Below the pieces are notes generated by a model. That model worked only from the letters and a program-made list of their open reading frames with translations, had not been told where the DNA came from and made no database searches. Made by a program: the position numbers and the translations under genes. Of a DNA stretch of 60,142 nt, positions 51,101-60,142 are shown piece after piece. This stretch comes from Nemertoderma westbladi (Eukaryota > Animalia > Xenacoelomorpha), in contig JAUCBJ010000180.1 of assembly GCA_032718475.1 (NCBI GenBank), positions 1-60,142 of the forward strand. The letters run 5' to 3'. The first letter of the stretch is position 1; each line of letters opens with the position of its first letter.

Positions 51101-52424
51101 CCCTCGCTCGTCTTGCTGCGCTCTCTTCTTCTACACGCGCCTTCTCTTCATACAACGCCCATCGCTCCTTCTCGATCTCGAGTTCGCGTTCTTTGCACTC
51201 GCGTTCGAGTTGGAATTCACGTTTCTTCTGTTCGCGTTCGAGTTGGAGTTTGCGTTCTTTCGCTTTCCGTTCGCGTTCAAGTTGGAGTTCGCGTTCCTTC
51301 TGTTCGCGTTCTTTCTGTTCGCGTTCGAGTTGGAGTTCGCGTTCAAGTTGGAGTTCGCGTTCCTTCTGTTCACGTTCCGCTTGCTCATGCTTACCTTTCT
51401 CTTCCAACTCTCGCAACTTTGTGTCTAACTTAGGTGTGCGCTCCCGTTATCGTTCGGCTTCTTTTCGTGCTTCCGATGCACGCAAAACTTCCGCCTGCTG
51501 TTCGTCTAGTCGGCGTCTTCTCTCCTCCGCCGAGTTGTGAGAAACAAGGGATCTAGCACATATAACTTTCCCTCGCTCGTGACTAACCTGGGAATCGCCA
51601 CTGTCTCTGGATGCGTCGTCGGATGGAGTCAACGTCCTCTGTTGGATGTTCTTCGTCGTCGGTAGCACCTGGCCTGGTACCACCACTCCGCTCTGCATCA
51701 GCCAGCTAGTAACTTCCCTCTGATAACGGCGCTCTTTTTTGTCTTGGATCTCTTCCCGCTCCACTAAGTCTCTCAACTCTGCGTCACTCACCTGATTCGC
51801 CTGCGCTTATGATGCCCATAGCAACCAGTTCTCCGTCCTAACTCGTCGAAATCGCTCCGATAACGCGCGGTGCTCCAACAGGGCTGCCAAAACCCTATCG
51901 TAAACCCTCATCGCCACGTCGCTCGACTGGGACTCCACTGCTCTCTTTGCTAGGACTGCAAGCTCCTCCGTCTGCTTGAATAATGCCTTATATCCCTTTC
52001 TAATCTCTACTAACCCTTCCCTTCCGATGTTTGCTGAGTCGGCTAACATCTTCCTTACCTTGTCCGTCGTCCGAGTTATATGTCCGGCATGCGCGCGAAG
52101 TTTCTTCTTTATCGCGATGTCAAGTTCTCTCTCGCTTACCTGACTCACACTTGGTGGACTTGAAGGATTATTTCGGGAACTACGGGTACTCCTTACAGCC
52201 GTTGGGACCACGGTACATACCATACCCACAGGTCTGGAAACCGGGCTCCGGGCTCTCACTTCTGCTACACTACCCTCCTTATCACAAACCTCTGTCCGGG
52301 CTGCTGTGCAGTCCTTCCTTACAGTAGTGGTAGGGGATCCTAATACTATTACCTGAGGTTGTTGTTCTTCCTCACTAGTTACTGTCTCGTCCTCCTGTTC
52401 ACTTACGTCAGCGTCGGCACTCAT
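45193..52424 (-). pseudogene. BEL/Pao gag-pol of element 2, disrupted and apparently missing capsid and nucleocapsid
   Basis: Coiled-coil gag N-terminus; protease MLDTAS; RT YYLPHHYV and FYMDD; RNase H FSDAS, TVPRAELQAA, NPADITSRG; integrase HHAG..CLVC, GVDCFGP, SDKGTNF, GSWERLV; many stops and frameshifts. Confidence 0.93.
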
Positions 52425-53494
52425 AGTCTAAATAATATTTGCCTTCCGGCAAAATATCTCGCAAAAGTTCGAGATATATATATATAATTTAATCGAAATA
52501 CGATTAAATTATTTGACAAATAATTACTTGGTCCAAAATGTCAAAATAAATTCGCAATGCAATATTGTGAATTTAATAGGATATAGTTATAGCAAATACT
52601 AGCACAATATTTAAACAAAAATATTATTATATAGCTATTATAGCAATTAAATACCGGTATGACACAAAATAATTTCTGAATCTAATACGAATATTCAGAA
52701 TGAAATTGCCACCCAAATAATTCCAATTTTGAATATATAGCTCTAATCAACGTAATTTTAATTTCAAATATTATATGTATCCACTAGCGCGTGGCTACAT
52801 CTTCGGGTTGTGACTCTCTCTAACTCTCTCTCTAACTTGAGCGATTCAAAACCATGGCCGGCTAAACCTAACTAACCTAACTAATAAATTGAGTTCAGCT
52901 TCGCAGTTAAACAACCGGTAATTTTTTACTGCTTCCACAAACACAATGGTGCCAACAGAACAACTAACCTTGTTTGCTGTGAGATTCCACATCCGCGTCC
53001 AAAGATTCAGGCTCTTCGCTGATTGCAAACCGAACCCGCAGACCCACACGAACCCCAAACTCAGAAGTTCCGTCTTGCCATGTATCTCCAGATGGTATAA
53101 AATAACTAAGAGGTTATACCTAACATACCGGTACAAAACTCTAGATTTTTACAAATAATTTTGACCGAAACTGAATTCTCGCAAACCTAGCTAAAATTTT
53201 CAAAAAACTTACTAATTACAGTTTGCCCTAAGGCCTAAGGAACTGCTGTATTCGCAATTAGTAAAAACGCACTACCGTACATCCACCGTACGCAGTAACA
53301 GCAATCAGCCTAATGTACTACTGTACTATTGTACACGACCAGTGAATACAGTAATCTAAACTAACAGCCTGAGAATACTCTATTTACTGTATGCTACGGC
53401 CTACAGCAAACAAAACATACCCTACTGTTAAACTATAGTCTAACTCTGAATACACTCTTTACTGTTGCAAGCAACAGCAAATCACATACCCTAC

Positions 53495-55784
53495 TGTTAA
53501 ACTAGCGCGTCACCTATACTAACAGCAGAACTGTTGAACAGACAAATACCCGTATACTTCTCTGCCAACCTAATGAGTTCTCGCCTAACCAATAAGACAC
53601 AAAGACTGCTCTACTGTTAAGTAAAAGGGATCAGGAGCGTGCTATTGCTAAAATGTAGGGCTGCTAAATACAAAACCGCTACTTACTGTTGTATGGCGCT
53701 AATCTGCCGTCCGCTAATATATTTTACTAAATTTACACGGCTCCTGCAAAATCGCTTGTTCCTTTCTCTACCGATCGCTCGACAGAGAGCTAACTGTTCG
53801 AATCTATAAGCCACGCGGGAATAACCAAAACAATAAACCCGAGTCGGCTCCCTAAGCTTACTTAAGATGAGTGCGAGAGGCTTTGCACTCAGAGTATTCT
53901 TACGCCTAATTTTTACTACTGTTGAAATACGCTAATGCCTACGTCTTTTCTAATCGCGAATACTGGGGGTTCCCTAACGGAATGTGTGAATGCGAGAATA
54001 TTTAAAATAATCAAAATGGTACAGAACACTGTCTTTACGTGCGTAACACCGCTCTGGGTCTAAACTCGCCTGCAGCTGGCTTTAGGCCAGCAAACTACTA
54101 ATGCGTTTGCGTACTGACTACTGTGATCTAGCTTATTGCCCGCTAATTCAAATAACCGCTCAGCGTGAATAGTTTACGGTACTCTAAATGATTACCTTAG
54201 CTACTCTCCGCTATGCTGCATACTAATTCTTAATTTTACTAATTAATTACAGTCACAAATATGTAACAGCGTACTAATTACTAAGAGTTCCAGAATGCGT
54301 AATTCTAATTTATTACACAACAGGTTTCGCTAGTAATAGCCTAAAATGCCGTATTACTTTGACCTAATCAGTAATTATTTGTTGTAAACAAGAAATATAA
54401 ATCAATCAATGAGAAAAAGGGCGCCTACCTAAGCATTCGTAATCATAGGCACACTTCAGTAACACACCAATCAGCATCAGCAATCACAGATCACAATAGT
54501 ACAACTTGCAATTATACAATCCGCAATTATATAATTCGCAACGTAATAGTTCGCAATTGACTGTAGGGTATGCAGGCCTCTCCCGGGTACATCTAGGCTT
54601 CCTACCTAACCCAATTCCTGCCCCCTAATACTAAAATAGAGACAAAACCTGGATCATCAGCCCCCTAATTACCGTACCAGCGAGCGGTCTGTACACTACA
54701 ATGCGAATTGCCCGACCGCAACGGTGACCCCCCGCCAGCTTTACCCGCCTTTGAATCCTCCGCACTCCCTTCGTCGCTAACCCCCCGATGTGCCCACCGC
54801 CTACCGGCACCTTAGCCCTCCATTAAAATGAATAGCTACCGTAGCGGCGCATGCAAATCACAACAGTCTGACAGTTTCAGAAATCCCGTAGGATTATTGC
54901 GTCGAAATGAATTACATAGAACCATTAACGAAAGAGGTAGAAATCATAGTTCCAGTTATAATTAGCAGTAATCATTGGGATTGATTGAGAAACACAATTG
55001 AGAATAGTAGCACTAACGAATCATTTCAAGAAAATTGATCAAAAGGGTAGAAATGCAGAAAATACACACAAATTGTACTCCTAAACTTAACACAGAATAA
55101 TGAGATTGTGGTGGTGTAAGGTTGAGATTGTTGTAAGATAGGGCTCTACCGGCAAACAGCCAATTTATAGGTGATCCGAGTGGGGTGATGCAATAGCTCT
55201 CTCATTGGCTCTCCAATCTGCGCTTATCATTAGACCAACCTGGAAGCAGTTAGTCCAATAAGAAAGCCGGATTGTAGCCCTATTGCCCCCCAAACCCACA
55301 AAACGTCACCATACAAGGTAATTTTGCCGATGCTTAATTTAGCGGTACTAATAACATGATGTACAAACATTAATTTAGCGCAATTATAGAAAATCAAACC
55401 CGTGATAGCTAGCCCATCAAGGCTAATAACAGCAAGCCCGAAATCCAGGGTCCAACTGAACTTGCTACCCTGGAACTATCTACTTATATCATATTACAAA
55501 ATTACATAGGTAGGGCTACATACTATACAAAATGGATGAATTCAAATATATGGGCGTTTCAATTTCCTTATCTAAATGTCACTGCGCTATTATGTCTTAT
55601 CTAAATAATTATATTGCATAACGGACTAATATTGCGTACAGTATAACGGGCTAATATATGATACTGTATAATGGACCAATATTTTATACTGTATAATGGC
55701 TAATAATGTGTACTGCATTATAATTAATATCGTGTATACAGTACAACGGCTAACAATGTGGATACAGCGCCATACATACATACA
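53495..55784 (-). repeat. 5' LTR of element 2 (2290 bp)
   Basis: Copy of 36794..39084; the outer 10 bp differ; followed by TSD ACCCC. Confidence 0.92.
55160..55262 (-). promoter_or_regulatory. Putative LTR promoter (TATA box plus CCAAT boxes)
   Basis: CTATAAATTG on the minus strand at ~55161-55170, with several CCAAT/ATTGG motifs 35-95 bp upstream. Confidence 0.5.
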
Positions 55785-56192
55785 ACCCCCCTTGTCGGAA
55801 CCACCGATGAGGTGTGGTGCAAGGAGACTGATACCTTCATCAGCCACCTCGCTGAGACCCTTGTGGCTCGGCGGCAGGGGATGCGGGGATGTGGCCTAGC
55901 CTGCGTTCTCGGGGGAGTTCGGAGGCGGCTTCAGTTCGCGCTCCTCCGCTCCAACTCCCTCTATTTGCGTGGTGGCCGGCGTCCCTGGAGGGCGCTGGGC
56001 TTTGGGGATGGTGCGGGTCTGCGGGGGAATGACCTCGCAGACCATTATTAATTCACGGTGCACCATTTTTAATTGTATGTTAAATTTTATTGTCTTAATT
56101 GTTTTGTCCTGATTGGTGGTGGGATGCTGGTGCAGTTTTATATTTAATTTTGGTTTTATGGATTTGGGTCAACTTTATGCTGAATAAATACT
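55785..56192 (+). mobile_element. CRE-like non-LTR retrotransposon 3' end (RLE C-terminus and 3' UTR)
   Basis: TPLVGTTDEVWCKETDTFISHLAETL...VRRRLQFALLRSNSLYLRGGR matches the CRE-clade C-terminal pattern; T-rich UTR ending with AATAAA at ~56183. Confidence 0.75.
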
Positions 56193-56569
56193 ATTCTTGG
56201 ATTTCTACTGAAGGAATGCAAAAACGATGGCAGGTTTAGTGTACAAATGTGTATGAGGTAGATCTATTGGCTAATTAATGTGTTTTAGAAAATGGACCAA
56301 AATATTTTAATTTGATTTGTTTGTCTAACCAAAACAATAAATGAACGTCATTTGCGCAGGATACAGTAATCAGATATTTGATCATGGTTTCCAAACAATA
56401 AATTCGCTACTACTGCATGCTTATCTGGAATTCGGAGATATTATTACAAATTAACGCCTTTTAGTGCACTACTTAACTCTATTACCACTGGGGGGTGGGG
56501 GGGGGGGGGGGGGGGGGGGGGGGGATCGGCCCCTTCCTAGTTTTTAATTGCTGTATCTATGCAACCACA

Positions 56570-57200
56570 TTCCGAAGTTTTGATTTCAACGCATTTTTAT
56601 GGGTTTTCTGGCCCGCTTAATCGAATGAAAGTAATATAGAAGTCTCAATTCTTAGAGGTACATCATTTTTGGTGCACCAAAATTAGGGCGTGGCAAGTAG
56701 GCTTACTTCAAATTTTCATAATTACGATATTCAGAAAATACCACAAGGTTTTCATTTCAACCCATTTTTATAGGTTATCTGGACCGCTGAATCGATTGAA
56801 AGTAATATTGAAGCCTCAAGTCTTACTGGTACGTCATTATTGGTACACCAGAATTAGGGCGTGGTACTTTTTCAAAATTTGAATAAGTACCACTCCCTAA
56901 TTTCGGTGCACCAAAAATGCCGAACCACTAAGTCTTCAGGCTTCTATAGTACTTTCAATTGATTCGACGGTCCAGGTAACCTATAAATGTGCGTTGAAAT
57001 CTCAACTTTGGTTTATTTTCCGAATCTTGTATTTTTCAATATTTGAAGTGCCACACCCTAATTTTGGTGCTCCAAAAAGGACGATCCACTAGTCTTCAGG
57101 CTTCGATAATATTTTCAATCGATTCAGCGGTCCAGAAAACCTATAAATACGCGTTGAAATCAAAATATGGGGTTATTTTCCGAATATTGTATTTTTCAAA
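56570..57200. mobile_element. Foldback/MITE-like palindrome made of two ~175-bp units per arm
   Basis: Centre ~56878: AATTAGGGCGTGGTACTTTTTCAAAATTTTGAATAAGTACCACTCCCTAATT; arm motifs such as GGACCGCTGAATCGATTGAAA recur inverted. Confidence 0.7.
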
Positions 57201-57453
57201 ATTTTAAGTGATAATTAGGATAATTATCGTAATTAGGTTTTATTAATAATATAGCATTCAGTTCAATTTTAGGAAATAGAATATAATCACATTCGATTCA
57301 GCATAGTGAAAAACCTACTAAAGCTAGCCAACAATGCCACACTATCAGTTTTTAGAATATCAAAAAAATGTATATTTTGTCCTGGGACTACTTCTATTTT
57401 TCATGAAAATTATTATACTTGTATTTATAAATGTCAATACAAAAAATCATCGC

Positions 57454-57850
57454 AGTGTACGTGTTTATACAGGGGCTGTCCCCATCAGGAACTGCTAGTT
57501 TACGTGTTTATACAGGGGCTGTCCCTGTCAGGAACTGCTAGTGTACGTGTTTATACAGGGGCTGTCCCTGTCAGGAAATGATAGTGTACGTGTTTATACA
57601 GGGGCTCTCCCTGTCAGGAACTGCTAGTGTACGTGTTTATACAGGGGCTGTCCCTGTCAGGAACTGCTAGTGTACGTGTTTATACAGGGGCTGTCCCTGT
57701 CAGGAAATGCTAGTGTACGTGTTTATACAGGGGCTGTCCCTGTCAGGAAATGCTAGTGTACGTGTTTATACAGGGGCTCGCCCTGTCAGGAACTGCTAGT
57801 GTACGTGTTTATACAGGGGCTGTCCCTGTCAAGAACTGCTAGTGTACGTG
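57454..57850. repeat. 43-bp minisatellite, ~9 copies
   Basis: Unit GTGTACGTGTTTATACAGGGGCTGTCCCTGTCAGGAACTGCTA. Confidence 0.95.
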
Positions 57851-58241
57851 TGGATACAGTTTGGCAGCGCAGGTTCGAATCGGACTGAATGCTGGGGATA
57901 TTTTCCGTGTTGTTTCCATCAGCAAAAAAATAGACATTGCCCAATCGATAGATGCAATGGGATTAAAGATACGGTTGGATAGATATGTAATGTAGTGTTC
58001 AGCCTTGGGAGTTAGTGTGTTCCCAGCCTGCTGTATACTTAACAGCCAAGAGAGAGGAGTCTTCCTGTTCCACACCTCACCAGTCACTGAACAAACCAGC
58101 ATTAAATTATTTTGCAACATATAAAATATCAGACTTGAGGAACCAGTTAGGCAGTAGTATGTAATTCACACCCAAACTTGCAGACAGTCTATGAACTTTT
58201 TCCATTTACCTCCTAGAACTGAGGAATGTATCCGTGAATGT

Positions 58242-58450
58242 GGGGCGAGCCACGAAGTGAGTGAGCCTTAGCGTAGTGGTACCATTAATCAACCTGTCGT
58301 TCTGTCGTTCTGTCGCGTTCAATTTTAAACGTTAATAACTCGGCCAATCTTTGATGAAATCTATCCAAACTTGGTACACATGTTGTTTGGCAAAAGTTTA
58401 GAAATTTTCCAAGTAGAATTTCCGTGTGGCCTTCGAGAAGCTAAGATAAT
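58242..58450 (+). mobile_element. Possible DINE-1/Helentron-like non-autonomous element fragment
   Basis: GCGAGCCACGAAGTGAGTGAGC hairpin, (CTGTCGTT)n microsatellite, AATAACTC and CCAAACTTGGTACACA, a layout typical of such elements. Confidence 0.4.
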
Positions 58451-59304
58451 AGCAGTTAATTAGTTAATTAAGTTGATTACTGTAAAAACACCATTTTCAA
58501 CCTGCCTTTTAAAGGAAATTAATTGTTTTACAGTATAAGATTTAAATAATTATACTTAAAAATTATACAGATGTAATCCACATACGCCATTCTATTATAG
58601 TTTTTAATTAGTTCAAGTGATTTGCTTTAATAATTGTGTCTTTAATTGATCTAAAGTAATTAAAAACGGCGTAAAAAATTGATTCTCATTAAATACTGCT
58701 CATTTATTGGCTAACATGCTGGTACATCGATGGAAGGATGTATCTTAAGCCAGCCAGTTGCTGGGAATGATTATTGGTCAAGTCTCTGCTATGCTGGTGT
58801 GGAGCTAGCTGGGAGTTGTGGCTGTAGACTAACCAGAGAGGAATTGTAATAGGCAACCAGTATTGCTATTCCAGCCCAGACAGCATTCTTTATATCCAAC
58901 ATCCCAACATTGACTCTACTATAAGTGTTGTATTGCTATCTCAGGTAAATGACAGATATAATAACATAAATACCATCCATGGCATGGCTGTTGTAGGCTT
59001 CTGAAATAGTTTATTCCACAATGTATATGTCTGGTTATTTTTTAATATGAATTTTTGCAAAGTAGTAAAATTTATGTTCTTAAAAATATTATTATTATTT
59101 TATATGTAACCTAGGAAATTAGCTAAATTTTTTCGCTGCAGCTTTAAGAGTGTACATTGATTTACTATTATTTCAATACCCATATTACTACATCGGCATA
59201 AGATGCGTTGGCGTTGTATCACACATCTCCACATATCACACATCTCCACATAGATGTATCAACAGTTACTCGCACAGTTTCGAAACTTCGCATAGTTATA
59301 ACTG

Positions 59305-59595
59305 TATAAAGATCGTCAGTCTGCGTTTAGGAAAAATATTTTATGACAAAACAGGACAAGCGACGAGCGCAACGAGGCATATAATGAAGACGGGTACTGC
59401 GTTGACTAAATTATTATATAAACCACCTGGCTTCACATATTGATCGCATCCCTAGTTATTATTATTATAAAGATCGTCCTAGCCTGCGTTTAAGAAATAT
59501 ATTTAAATACAAAACAGGATGAACGCAAAGAGGCTTATAATGAAGACGAGTACTGCATTGATTATATTCCTATAAACCACCTGGCTTTGCATATT
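59305..59595. repeat. Diverged direct duplication with ~160-bp period
   Basis: TATAAAGATCGTC...ATAATGAAGACG.GTACTGC...TATAAACCACCTGGCTT occurs twice. Confidence 0.7.
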
Positions 59596-60142
59596 TTAAC
59601 GTGCGATTGGAAATAAGTTTGTGCTAGATGTCGCGGTTATGTATTGGTGGTTGGGAAGGGTGGGGGGGGGGGGGGGGGGGGGCGCGAGAGATTTAAAAGG
59701 GGTAAACACGTACTGTCCCCCTTTCTTTGATTGATTGGTGGTGTGGGTAAATTTCTCAAAACCTGATTTTGTGATACAGTCGCACAATATTAATTAGTTA
59801 TTAACTATATATATCACAGATTTGTGTTGATTCTGGAAACTACTAACCTTTTTCTTCTAGTTTGTTGAGATGTTATATTGGTTGCGTTATAGTATGGTTG
59901 TTGTTAATTAATAATTAATTAAATTAATAATTAGAATGCAAAACTGAATTAGCAATAAATAATAAACTCTGTATTAAGGGGCGTTTCACTCTATATTATA
60001 TTCAATAAGGTAGCAGCAGTAATAATTGTTGGCTATATTTGAAATGTTTACTTTGCCTACCTAGCTACAGTATACACAATGTATTCAAATCACGTTTGGT
60101 ATCTGTGAAACGATGGGAGATGCCAAAAAATAGATTATTTGT

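Larger units (their letters stand above)
36794..55784 (-). mobile_element. BEL/Pao LTR retrotransposon (element 2), 18,991 bp, with accessory exonuclease-zinc knuckle ORF
   Basis: Two ~2.29-kb LTRs, 5-bp TSD ACCCC (36789-36793 and 55785-55789), BEL-type pol motifs. Confidence 0.95.

Noticed and set aside
50791-51540. Antisense Ser/Arg-rich ORFs over gag coiled coils (also 16740-17112)
   Set aside because: Shadow frames of low-complexity Glu/Arg/Gln repeats.
57839-58120. 93-aa minus-strand ORF
   Set aside because: No identifiable motif or supported exon structure.

Overview
AT-rich eukaryotic (invertebrate-like) genomic DNA, rich in minisatellites and transposons. The left part holds a probable two-exon host gene on the minus strand: a WD40 exon (13990-13138) spliced in frame to a Roc-COR GTPase exon with tandem CARD-like domains (8933-5671), about 1371 aa in total. 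Most of the window is two large, mutually divergent BEL/Pao LTR retrotransposons. Element 1 is on + (14318-28983). Element 2 is on - (36794-55784), has 2.29-kb LTRs and an ACCCC TSD, and is inserted into a CRE-like non-LTR retrotransposon fragment. The main finding is that both elements carry, where env would normally sit (after integrase), a homologous extra ORF encoding a WRN/EXD2/Mut-7-type DEDDy 3'-5' exonuclease followed by a cluster of zinc knuckles. Element 2 also has no tRNA-type PBS; the 10 nt next to its LTR are complementary to a sequence inside the LTR, which suggests self-priming. All domain calls come from reading motifs by eye; no searches were run.
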